A stretch of 64,000 bases of DNA from assembly GCA_045627045.1 (NCBI GenBank), contig JAZQMY010000056.1, positions 47,995-111,994 on the forward strand, in the 5' to 3' direction. The position numbers were made by a program, and so were the translations under genes. The notes beneath the pieces were generated by a model that made no database searches, was not told the origin of the DNA, and was given only the letters and a program-made list of their open reading frames with translations. Within the stretch, counting starts at the first letter, position 1, and each line of letters opens with the position of its first letter. Below are positions 39,764-48,391 of the stretch, in pieces. The DNA comes from Clostridia bacterium. GTDB lineage: Bacteria; Bacillota; Clostridia; HGM11327.

Positions 39764-41437
39764 ATGTTGTGGCAGCTTTCAATTAAAAACTTGGCTATCA
39801 TTGATGATATAAGCATTGAATTCGGGGAAGGGTTCAACATCCTCACGGGTGAAACCGGCGCCGGAAAATCAATCATTATTGACGCGATCAATCTTGTGCT
39901 CGGCTCGAGAGCGGACAGGGATCTTATCCGCTCGGGTGCGGCAATGGCTTCGGTGGATGCTGTCTTCACAACAGACTCAAATAAGGCTCTTCTTGATAAG
40001 CTTGAAGAGCTCGGCCTTTCGAATCCCGATTCAGATGAGCTCATTATTTCAAGGCAGGTTTATTCCAACGGCAGAAATACGAGCAGAATAAACGGCAATC
40101 CCGTTGTAACGGCAACGCTCAAGGAGATTTCGGATCTTCTGATTGATATTCACGGTCAGCATCAGCACCAGTCCCTTCTGAACAAAAGTTTTCACAGGGG
40201 ATTTCTGGATGCATTTGACGGAGAAATAGAGGGTCTGCTCACGAAAGTGGCCGCTCTTTATGAGAAGTGGAGTGCAGTAAGCAAGAAAATAGCGGGACTT
40301 GAAAATTCAGCGCTTGATTTTGAGAGAAACAAGGAGCTGATAGAGTATCAGATAAACGAAATAGATGAGGCAAGGCTTAAAGTCGGAGAAGATGACGAGC
40401 TTGCCGAAAAGAAGCAGATACTGAAGAATGCGGAAAGCATAATTGAGGCGCTTGAAGCAAGCCTCAGACTCCTGACCTCAGGAAAAAGAGATGAGGGCGC
40501 AATAGACTTCATGCGTCTGGCGAAGGATAAGCTCAGATCCGTTTCCGATATCTCGGAGGAGTACTCGGAGCTTTATGATTCAGCTGAAACGCTTTACTAT
40601 GAATTGTCTGATTTTTCCGATGCGATAAGCAAATCACTCAGGAGAATCTCATATTCACCTGATAAGCTTGAGGAAATTGACGACAGGCTTTACCTGATTG
40701 CCTCGCTCAAGAGAAAGTACGGCAAGACGATAGAGAACATCCTTGAATTCAGGGATTCGCTTAAAAACCAGCTTGAAACGCTTGAATGTGATATAGGCAA
40801 TCTAGACAGCCTCAGAGCCGACGAGAGAAGATTTTATTCTGAATTGATGTCTGAATCGGATAAACTGCATGAAAGACGTGAAAAGGCTGCTGAACGCCTC
40901 AGAGATAGGATCGTTGACGAGCTTTCATACCTCGGAATGAAGAAGGTAAGCTTCAGGGCAGATATTGTTTCGGACAAGGACGCTTTATCACCGAACGGTT
41001 ATGACAGCGTGGAATTCCTTATTTCCGCAAACGCAGGAGAGCCACTGAGACCTCTTGCAAAGATAGCCTCCGGCGGTGAAATATCACGTATCATGCTTTC
41101 GATAAAGAGCGCTCTTGCAGACATTGACGGCATTCCGACGATGATATTCGATGAAATCGATACGGGTATCAGCGGTGCGGTGGCAAGATCGGCAGGCGAG
41201 AAGATGTATGCACTCTCTGGAAACCATCAGATTATCTGTATTACTCACCAGGCACAGATTGCGGCTCTTGCCGACAGACATTATTACGTCAGGAAGATTC
41301 AGAAGAACGATAAGACGGTGACAGAGGTCAGGGTTCTCACCGAGGAGGAGAGGATTGAGCATATTGCCGGAATGATTTCAGGTGCAAGTGTGACCGAGGC
41401 GGCAAGAGAGCACGCAAGAGAGCTGATGAAGAAATAA
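39764..41437 (+). CDS. recN: DNA repair protein RecN
   Basis: 'FNILTGETGAGKSIIIDAINLVLG' Walker A, long coiled-coil, C-terminal 'IFDEIDTGISG' signature. Confidence 0.9.
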   Translation: MLWQLSIKNLAIIDDISIEFGEGFNILTGETGAGKSIIIDAINLVLGSRADRDLIRSGAAMASVDAVFTTDSNKALLDKLEELGLSNPDSDELIISRQVYSNGRNTSRINGNPVVTATLKEISDLLIDIHGQHQHQSLLNKSFHRGFLDAFDGEIEGLLTKVAALYEKWSAVSKKIAGLENSALDFERNKELIEYQINEIDEARLKVGEDDELAEKKQILKNAESIIEALEASLRLLTSGKRDEGAIDFMRLAKDKLRSVSDISEEYSELYDSAETLYYELSDFSDAISKSLRRISYSPDKLEEIDDRLYLIASLKRKYGKTIENILEFRDSLKNQLETLECDIGNLDSLRADERRFYSELMSESDKLHERREKAAERLRDRIVDELSYLGMKKVSFRADIVSDKDALSPNGYDSVEFLISANAGEPLRPLAKIASGGEISRIMLSIKSALADIDGIPTMIFDEIDTGISGAVARSAGEKMYALSGNHQIICITHQAQIAALADRHYYVRKIQKNDKTVTEVRVLTEEERIEHIAGMISGASVTEAAREHARELMKK

Positions 41438-41560
41438 CGGCTTTCGGCAGTTTTTGATAAAGTAACTACAATTAAAGGCATTTAATTTCGCTTTTTTATT
41501 GAATTTGTAAGACTTTTGCAAGAAAAAGTCAAAAAAAGTATATCCAAAAAACAAAAAGTG

Positions 41561-41569
41561 TGATATAAT
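41561..41569 (+). promoter_or_regulatory. Extended -10 (TGaTATAAT) candidate promoter for the following hypothetical gene, about 110 nt upstream of the ATG
   Basis: TG-n-TATAAT element. Followed by a GCCGACGAAA...TTTTCATCGGC leader hairpin at about 41597-41625. Confidence 0.3.
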
Positions 41570-41681
41570 ATTAAAAACTTATTGCTAATCACACCAGCCG
41601 ACGAAATTTATTTTCATCGGCAGTTATCTGTCTCACAAAAAATGGGAGAACGGCTGATTTTTATCGGAAGGAGGAACAAAT

Positions 41682-42404
41682 ATGTCATATAATGTTTTCA
41701 GCATCAAGAAATTCATGCACGACTATTCAGAGCTCCTCCGTAACGATTACAAAGGCTTTACCGCACGCCCATGGAACAGATTCAGACCCGAAGAAACAAA
41801 GTGGTGGGTCGTTCCGACAACTGCATGGCCTTCCTTCGGCATGGAGAAGCTCTGCTTCTGGTGTAGCGGAAAGTACCTCTACGGCGGCTTCAATATAGAG
41901 AAGGGCATAGAGATATCTCCCGAGGATATCCAGTATGATGCCAAGAACATCATTATGACGGATGAATGGAAGTGGAAGAGGTTCATCAAGGACTGTGATG
42001 ACGGTGTTATCGATTCGATGGTTGACAGCTTCAATGATCACGTTTCGTTCCCTGTACATATGACGATAAGCGCAAATATTGTTAGCTCGATACCCGGATA
42101 TGATCCGTACGGCAACAAGAAATCGGATAATATTGAGTTTGCCATTACGAAGGATACTCTCAATATCTGCGAAAAGTCATTTGACATTGCCGCACTTGCT
42201 CCGTTTGAAAACGTGGAGGGCATAAGAGAAATACCTGAATCACTTGCAGTGGTCAAGGGCTTGAACTGGCTTTGGATCGACGTGATGATTTTTGCGCCTG
42301 TTTATTATATCAGGTCGGGATCGTCCTGCAATGTTGAGAAAATAAGAAAAAAAATGTCGATGTTTGAGGAAAGAATATTTGAAGACCTCAGAATAAACAA
42401 ATGA
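41682..42404 (+). CDS. Hypothetical protein (240 aa, Trp/Cys-rich, no signal peptide)
   Basis: Clean ORF with RBS GGAAGGAGG. No recognisable family. Confidence 0.45.
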   Translation: MSYNVFSIKKFMHDYSELLRNDYKGFTARPWNRFRPEETKWWVVPTTAWPSFGMEKLCFWCSGKYLYGGFNIEKGIEISPEDIQYDAKNIIMTDEWKWKRFIKDCDDGVIDSMVDSFNDHVSFPVHMTISANIVSSIPGYDPYGNKKSDNIEFAITKDTLNICEKSFDIAALAPFENVEGIREIPESLAVVKGLNWLWIDVMIFAPVYYIRSGSSCNVEKIRKKMSMFEERIFEDLRINK

Positions 42405-42587
42405 GATCATAATTATCGGGGCAATTTTTGATGTGTTGAATAAACTGCATTGAGTCGGAAGACAATACCGAGAATTGCCGGACACAATGGTAATGGTATT
42501 ATGAAATTATACTTTTATGCAGAAGGTATTCTCACTAACAGGCGATAAAGATTAAGACTGATAACGTGGCTTATGCTGCGTAAAAAG

Positions 42588-42625
42588 AGAGCAGAATTTC
42601 AACGATGAAGTTCTGCTCTTTTTTG
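42588..42625 (+). terminator. Intrinsic terminator
   Basis: AGAGCAGAA-(14 nt)-TTCTGCTCT, a 9-bp stem, followed by TTTTTT. Confidence 0.6.
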
Positions 42626-42718
42626 CTGAAGAGCCTTTTGAATGCATAAATTGTTTTATTTTTATAACACATATGATATAAAAATAAAAATTGTTTTGAT
42701 ACTGACGGTGGAAATATA

Positions 42719-43243
42719 ATGAAAAGAAAACTATTGGCGTTTGCTTTGTGCCTGGCGATGATTTTGGGCTGTTTGCCGGTAACGATTACCCGGGCTTCTG
42801 CGGCTGAACCAAATGTGAAGATATCGGTCGGCGCATCAGATACGGGAGCGACTGTAATCAGTGAAACTATATGTAATACTGTCCAAGAGGTCAATGATGC
42901 CATTGTCGGAATCAGAAAGAAATACCCGGATAAAAAGTGTTTGATAATTATCAATAATTCCTGTGTTGTTGATGCTAAAATCGTTTTGCCGGAGGGCGGC
43001 AATTATCTGATAGAGGGCAAAGGCTATTTGATTTCAACGACGAGAGCCATTAGGTCTATCTTTTTGAAAACCACGGAACGGCTGAAGCAAATGAGTGCAT
43101 TCTTGAAAACAAAAACGGCTTTTGCTGCATTGAAAACTACGGGACGCTCCAGTCTGAGAGTTGGATACTGTTCAAACAATATGTGACTGCACTTTCTGAG
43201 GTCGGTGCGACAGCAAAGAGCATACTTACGAAAAAGCAATCTT
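42719..43243 (+). pseudogene. Small secreted protein gene interrupted by a +/-1 frameshift at a T5 homopolymer (43061-43065). The ORF track shows only the 5' 155-codon part (42719-43186); the in-frame continuation ends at TAA 43241-43243
   Basis: Signal peptide 'MKRKLLAFALCLAMILGCLPVTITRASA'. After 'RAIRSIF' the tracked frame becomes low-complexity (LKTTERLKQMSAFLKTKTAF...). Reading one extra T gives protein-like 'FENHGTAEANECILENKNGFCCIENYGTLQSESWILFKQYVTALSEVGATAKSILTKKQS*', whose stop lies 12 nt before the GC-rich terminator at 43255. Confidence 0.55.
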
Positions 43244-43254
43244 AATAAAAACAG

Positions 43255-43283
43255 AAAGGGCGACCCGAGCGGTCGCCCTTTCT
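43255..43283. terminator. GC-rich intrinsic terminator hairpin
   Basis: AAA-GGGCGACC-cgagc-GGTCGCCC-TTTCT. Confidence 0.6.
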
Positions 43284-43647
43284 GATGAATGTATTTAGAA
43301 TTATCTGAGCAGAGTATTTATTATTCCGGTTAATTGTTTGCAATCTGTCTTTTGACAAGCAAACTGCCACAGAAAGCCTTTATCTTCTGCATGACGGAGC
43401 TCAACCCGTTGAGCTGTTCGAATTCAATGTCTGTTTTCGAGCGTGAATCTCTTTATTGACTTTACGGATCAGATTACTGCATTTGTATTTTGCAGTTGTT
43501 TTTTTTGCCGTGTATATGCTGAAATTTTGATTGAGATATATCACTGAGCACAAGAGATTCTGTTACTTATTTTGCTTTGTATTTTAATGAATATTTCTAT
43601 TATTTTGCGGGAAGAATATGCTTACACGAAACGAAAGGATTATTGTT

Positions 43648-43839
43648 ATGAGTAAAGAAAGACAAAAAGAAGATATGAAAGCTGTTGCGGAAAGCTGCTC
43701 GCAGTTTTCTCCTATAGCTGCTATGACATCGTCTACGGGCGAAAATGTCTGCACCTGTGAAATATGCAAAAAATGGGATGGCAGAAGATGCTCCATAGGG
43801 CTTTATGACGTAATTGCCGACCAGAAGAATTTAAGATAA
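43648..43839 (+). CDS. Small Cys-rich protein (63 aa from ATG 43648; C-x-C-x2-C...C cluster), function unknown
   Basis: RBS AAAGGAT 8 nt before ATG 43648. 'ENVCTCEICKKWDGRRCSIG' four-Cys cluster. Own terminator at 43847-43883. Confidence 0.4.
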   Translation: MSKERQKEDMKAVAESCSQFSPIAAMTSSTGENVCTCEICKKWDGRRCSIGLYDVIADQKNLR

Positions 43840-43846
43840 AAAAATA

Positions 43847-43883
43847 CCGCCTTCCTGAAAACGGAAGACGGTTTTTTGTTATT
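43847..43883. terminator. Bidirectional intrinsic terminator
   Basis: CCGCCTTCC-tgaaaac-GGAAGACGG followed by TTTTTTG. Confidence 0.55.
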
Positions 43884-44532
43884 CTGTGAAGTATATCATC
43901 TGATAAACCTTGTTATTGTAATCTGAAAGAAGTCCGTACTCATCGGAGAGAGGATCCATTATGATGAATTCCCCGTCCTTGATGCCGATTATTACCACCC
44001 AGAAGCGCGAAACGGACGGATTTGATGTTCTTACCAGCACAGGAGAACCTTTCTTCAGAAGACTGATTATGTCCTTTGATTTGAATACTGACATTGAGTT
44101 GATGGCAGGGGACTCGTAGGTCAGAGCGTACTTGTATTGCATATATTCAGGTCTGAAGTCACAGAAAACATCCGAACCGTCATCTGAATAGAGACTGTTT
44201 GCATGGAACATTGAGTAGAGCTCGTCCGGAGTTTTGTAGATATTGAAAAGCCTGAATACAGATGCGGTGCAGCAGAGCTGACTCCCGTATTCACAGATTC
44301 GGACATTCAGGTCATCGCACATTATTGTCATGCCCCAACGGCTGTCATCCTGCCTGATAGAATCAACAGCGATAGGCCCGATGTCTTCGCAACCGTCGGC
44401 ACTTATTATGATGCCTTCGTTTTTCAGATAGCTTGCACGGGTAATGCTTTGCGCCGATACAAGCATATATGCAATCACTGCGACTGCAACGACCGACAAC
44501 CAAAAGATAGTAACGGAATGATTTTGTTTCAT
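43879..44532 (-). CDS. Membrane-anchored papain-like cysteine peptidase, C39-like (Peptidase_C39_2-like), putative
   Basis: N-terminal TM/signal anchor. 'YGSQLCCTASVF' resembles the Q-x5-C...AS catalytic box of C39-like domains. Later His/Asp candidates are present. Confidence 0.35.
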   Translation of the reverse strand: MKQNHSVTIFWLSVVAVAVIAYMLVSAQSITRASYLKNEGIIISADGCEDIGPIAVDSIRQDDSRWGMTIMCDDLNVRICEYGSQLCCTASVFRLFNIYKTPDELYSMFHANSLYSDDGSDVFCDFRPEYMQYKYALTYESPAINSMSVFKSKDIISLLKKGSPVLVRTSNPSVSRFWVVIIGIKDGEFIIMDPLSDEYGLLSDYNNKVYQMIYFTE

Positions 44533-44602
44533 ATGTGTACCTCTGTGTAAAAAAGAAGCAGAACCAAAAAATATTACAGCTCTGCTTCAGGGAAAACTTA
44601 TT

Positions 44603-45787
44603 TTATGCCAGCTTTATTACCTGACCCATCTCATCTGTATAGTAGATACAGCCGTTGACAACGCTCGGAGCATATCTGACGGTGTACATAGCCTGAGAAG
44701 ACCATCTGTATTCACCGGTGTCAAAATCGAGGCAGAAGAGATAATATTTAGAGTCATCAGTTCTTCCTCCAATGAGTACCGAGTTTCCGATAATCGTTAC
44801 GCCGCTTGTCATCCAGTAAACACCCGGCCAACGCCACTTGAGCTCACCGGTCTGTGCGTCACAGCAATATACGTTTCCGTCATATGAGCCGTATACTATG
44901 CAGTCATCCTTGATTGCAGGAGTACCCGAAACCCACATTGTACCTGAACAGTCATTCACCCAGACAGGCTGGATAATATCGGGGTTTTCGTTATAAACAT
45001 TGAAGCAGTAGAGCTTGCCCATACCTGTTCCGAAGTAAACCTTGTCATCATAAACCGTTGCGCCGTAGAGATCGCTTGAGTTTGTGGTATCGAAAGCCCA
45101 GAGGAGCTTTCCTGTGGTTGCATTCAGAGCATAGTAATATGCATTTTCAGCTCCGAAGAATACCATACCGCCTTCATAACCGCCACCGTAGTATGTTATG
45201 TCAGATACGATATGTGATACTGTTGAGTAAGTCCAGATCGTTTTCTTGGTGCTGAGATTGATTGCTACAATACCTTCGTCACGTTTATCGGATTGTTCAA
45301 CTCCGCAGACAAAAATTCCGTTATCCGTTATTACAGGGTTGTAGATAACGGAGCCGTTGATTTCGGCATAGTCGATAAACTCGCCTGTTACAGGATCAAG
45401 CTCGTAGAGATAACCGTCATTTGAAGCAACGTAAAGTCGATCGTTATAATAGATAGGTGAGTTTGTAATCGCACCTTCTGTCTTATATGACCACTTGAGC
45501 TTACCCTTGCTGTCGGAGAGACAGTAAACATATCCGTCTGTTGAACCGAAATAAACGTAACCGTTTACTACGATAGGAGTTGACTGGGAATGTGAGCCCG
45601 TAGGTATTCTGTATACCCAGCCGAGACCGGGCATATCAAAATCAGCTGTATCAAGTGTTCCTATGTGGGAAGAAGTTGCTCCCACCTGAGTCCACCATGG
45701 TCCGTCATAGTCGGACTTCGGCTCGCAGCCGCAAAGTGTAAAGATCATAGCAATGACAAATATCAATGCTGCTATTCTTTTTTTCAT
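44603..45787 (-). CDS. Lipoprotein with PQQ-like/BamB-like beta-propeller repeats
   Basis: Lipobox 'FTLCGC'. Multiple 'DG.VYC.D...G...W' repeats (for example 'GSTDGYVYCLSDSKGKLKWSY', 'ASNDGYLYELDPVTGEF', 'GSYDGNVYCCDAQTGELKWRW'). Confidence 0.65.
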   Translation of the reverse strand: MKKRIAALIFVIAMIFTLCGCEPKSDYDGPWWTQVGATSSHIGTLDTADFDMPGLGWVYRIPTGSHSQSTPIVVNGYVYFGSTDGYVYCLSDSKGKLKWSYKTEGAITNSPIYYNDRLYVASNDGYLYELDPVTGEFIDYAEINGSVIYNPVITDNGIFVCGVEQSDKRDEGIVAINLSTKKTIWTYSTVSHIVSDITYYGGGYEGGMVFFGAENAYYYALNATTGKLLWAFDTTNSSDLYGATVYDDKVYFGTGMGKLYCFNVYNENPDIIQPVWVNDCSGTMWVSGTPAIKDDCIVYGSYDGNVYCCDAQTGELKWRWPGVYWMTSGVTIIGNSVLIGGRTDDSKYYLFCLDFDTGEYRWSSQAMYTVRYAPSVVNGCIYYTDEMGQVIKLA

Positions 45788-45811
45788 TTTTTATTCCTTT
45801 CTCCGGGAGAA

Positions 45812-46042
45812 TCAGAATTTCATCCCGTTAAGGATTTCACGAAGAGCAATAACCTCATCCTTAGTAAGAGAAATGCCCTTGCTCATCTTCTGATGATCTT
45901 CAGACCAGTCACGGATATCGATTTTCGGCTCTCTTCCGTTCCAGCTTACGTAATTTACTTCTCTGTTCCAACCCTTGCCGTTTGAAGAAACGATACCGAT
46001 GTGTTCTGCAATTTCAAATTTAAATTCGTCCATAATGTTCAC
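45812..46042 (-). CDS. PC4/YdbC-like small ssDNA-binding family protein (putative)
   Basis: 76 aa. 'IVSSNGKGWNREVNYVSWNGREPKIDIRDW' resembles the YdbC/PC4-like fold. Confidence 0.35.
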   Translation of the reverse strand: MNIMDEFKFEIAEHIGIVSSNGKGWNREVNYVSWNGREPKIDIRDWSEDHQKMSKGISLTKDEVIALREILNGMKF

Positions 46043-46058
46043 CCTTTATTTATTTTAA

Positions 46059-47543
46059 TCAACCGTGGAATAATTTCTTGTTCTGATATTTTGGTTCGTA
46101 TGTGATATTCAATCCGAGCTTGCGGAAAGTGCCCTCATCAACCTGAGAGAGAATTACAGTTGAGTGAGCTTCACAGCCTGCGAGCTTGTGGAGCTGATTC
46201 ATTGCGAGCTCTGCGTTCGGGTCTGAAACGGCGCAAACGGAAAGTGCAACGAGAACTTCGTCTGTATGGAGTCTCGGATTGTGGTTTCCGAGGAATTTTG
46301 TCTTCAGGTTCTGGACAGGCTCAATTACCTTCGGCGAGATGAGCGTTACATCGTCGGGAATTCCGGCAAGCGCCTTGAGAGCGTTGAGAAGAACTGCTGA
46401 TGATGCTCCGAGAAGAGGAGATGTTTTGCCTGTGATGATTCTTCCGTCATCGAGCTGGATCGATACGGCAGGAAGACCTGTTTCTTCTTCCTTCTTGAGT
46501 GCTTCCGTGATGCAGGGACGGTCAGCTGTTGTGATGCCTGCCTTCTTCATGAGAAGCTCGATCTTGTATATTTCGTCATTTGTACCCTGTCCCTGAACCT
46601 TTGCGCAGAGAGCCTGATAGTAACGTCTGATGATCTCCTGCTTTGATGCGGCCTCAACGGCATCGTTGTCAAATATGCAGTAGCCTGCCATATTAACGCC
46701 CATATCCGTTGGTGACTTATACGGAGAAGAACCGTATATCTTGTTGAACATTGCATCGAGAACAGGGAAGATTTCAACGTCTCTGTTGTAGTTTACAACT
46801 GTTTTGTTATAAGCCTCGAGATGGAACGGGTCGATCATGTTGACATCGTTGAGGTCTGCGGTTGCGGCTTCATAAGCGAGGTTTGTAGGATGGTTGAGCG
46901 GAATATTCCAGATAGGGAATGTTTCGAATTTAGCATAGCCTGCCTTGATGCCTCTCTTGTGTTCGTGATAGAGCTGTGAAAGACAAGTAGCCATTTTGCC
47001 GCTGCCCGGTCCCGGAGCAGTAACAACGATGAGGGAACGTGTTGTTTCGATGTAATCGTTCTTGCCGTAGCCTTCATCACTTATTATGTGCGATACGTTT
47101 GACGGATAACCGCTGATTATGTAGTGCTTGTAAACCTTGAGTCCGAGTGCATTGAGCTTTGCTTCAAATGCGATCGCTGCGGGCTGACCGCTGTAATGTG
47201 TGATAACAACACTGCCGACAAAAAGACCGATTCCTCTGAAAGCATCGATGAGGCGGAGTATATCAAGGTCGTATGTGATGCCGAGGTCTGCACGGAGTTT
47301 GTTCTTTTCAATGTCGTTTGCACTGATGACGATAATAATTTCGGCCTGATCCTTGAGGTTAAGGAGCATCTTGACCTTACTGTCCGGTTTGAAGCCGGGG
47401 AGTACACGGGATGCGTGGTGGTCATCAAATAATTTACCGCCGAATTCCAGATAAAGCTTACCGCCGAATCTTGAAATGCGCTCTTTGATTTTTTCTGACT
47501 GGATTTCAATATATTTTTGATTGTCAAATCCGATTTTGCTCAT
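46059..47543 (-). CDS. UPF0371/DUF1846 family protein (start at ATG 47543, 'MSKIGFDNQKYIE')
   Basis: 'YIEIQSEKIKERISRFGGKLYLEFGGKLFDDHHASRVLPGFKPDSKVKML' is the characteristic DUF1846 N-terminus. About 494 aa. Confidence 0.7.
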   Translation of the reverse strand: MSKIGFDNQKYIEIQSEKIKERISRFGGKLYLEFGGKLFDDHHASRVLPGFKPDSKVKMLLNLKDQAEIIIVISANDIEKNKLRADLGITYDLDILRLIDAFRGIGLFVGSVVITHYSGQPAAIAFEAKLNALGLKVYKHYIISGYPSNVSHIISDEGYGKNDYIETTRSLIVVTAPGPGSGKMATCLSQLYHEHKRGIKAGYAKFETFPIWNIPLNHPTNLAYEAATADLNDVNMIDPFHLEAYNKTVVNYNRDVEIFPVLDAMFNKIYGSSPYKSPTDMGVNMAGYCIFDNDAVEAASKQEIIRRYYQALCAKVQGQGTNDEIYKIELLMKKAGITTADRPCITEALKKEEETGLPAVSIQLDDGRIITGKTSPLLGASSAVLLNALKALAGIPDDVTLISPKVIEPVQNLKTKFLGNHNPRLHTDEVLVALSVCAVSDPNAELAMNQLHKLAGCEAHSTVILSQVDEGTFRKLGLNITYEPKYQNKKLFHG

Positions 47544-47770
47544 TTTTAAAAAATTGACCTTTCCATGACATATAAATCTATTTTGTAAATTATACCACAA
47601 AAATTCAAAAAAGGCAATTATTTAAATAAAAAAGTTCTGATATTTGTGTGAATTGTACTTCAAGGAAAATAAAACTATTTTTGAAATAATTAAATAATAT
47701 ACGCTCTTCCACAGAAAAAACAGTGCAGATCCGTATTATCATTTAAGTGAAGAAAGGAGGCATAAAGCCT

Positions 47771-48373
47771 ATGTATGAAACGGACGAAAAGTTCGAGCAG
47801 GAGCTTGTGATGCTCAGAGAAAAGATAGCACAGGAAGCTCTTGCACAGGAAGCCGCTCCGTCTGAAGAAGACACGGAGCAGGCAAAAGAAAAGAGCGATG
47901 ACGAGCTCATTGCCGAAGCTGTAAGGGGAATGTTCCCCGAGGGCACGTCGAAGGAAGATATCATTTCCGGAATCACTGATGCGATGGACACATCCTGCAA
48001 GAGATTCAGGGCAGATACCGATATCGACAGACTCCTCGGCGAGGAAAAGAAAATCAGGGAGGTTTTCCCGGAATTTGACATTGCCGAAGAGCTGAAGAAT
48101 GATGCTTTGTTCAGGCGAATGATCGCAAACGGCGCTGATGTCCACTCGGCATTGCTTGCATCAAACGGAGAATATCAGAACAGAATCACGCAGGTAATAA
48201 AGCGTGATGCCAAAAGGGAAATGGCAGATATGCTCAGAAGGGGCAGGGAGCGTATAATGCCGGAAACAGGACATGAGTCAAAAGAACCCGAATACGATCT
48301 CTCCAAGCTGACGGATGAAGAATTCGAAGAGCTTGAAAAGAAAGTAAAACAGAGCAAGAGATTATTTTTATAA
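47771..48373 (+). CDS. Phage scaffold-like protein (acidic, helical/coiled-coil), 200 aa from ATG 47771
   Basis: RBS AAAGGAGG 10 nt upstream. Highly charged E/K/D-rich sequence. Immediately precedes the capsid-like gene. Confidence 0.4.
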   Translation: MYETDEKFEQELVMLREKIAQEALAQEAAPSEEDTEQAKEKSDDELIAEAVRGMFPEGTSKEDIISGITDAMDTSCKRFRADTDIDRLLGEEKKIREVFPEFDIAEELKNDALFRRMIANGADVHSALLASNGEYQNRITQVIKRDAKREMADMLRRGRERIMPETGHESKEPEYDLSKLTDEEFEELEKKVKQSKRLFL

Positions 48374-48391
48374 GCAAAAGGAGTAAAAATT

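Noticed and set aside
35753-41437. dxs-tlyA-nadK-argR-recN block with overlapping gene ends
   Set aside because: This is the conserved Firmicutes core synteny; the overlaps are normal translational coupling and not novel.
47690-48145. 151-aa and 112-aa minus-strand ORFs antisense to the scaffold-like gene
   Set aside because: The sense ORF has a consensus RBS and promoter context; the antisense frames have neither.
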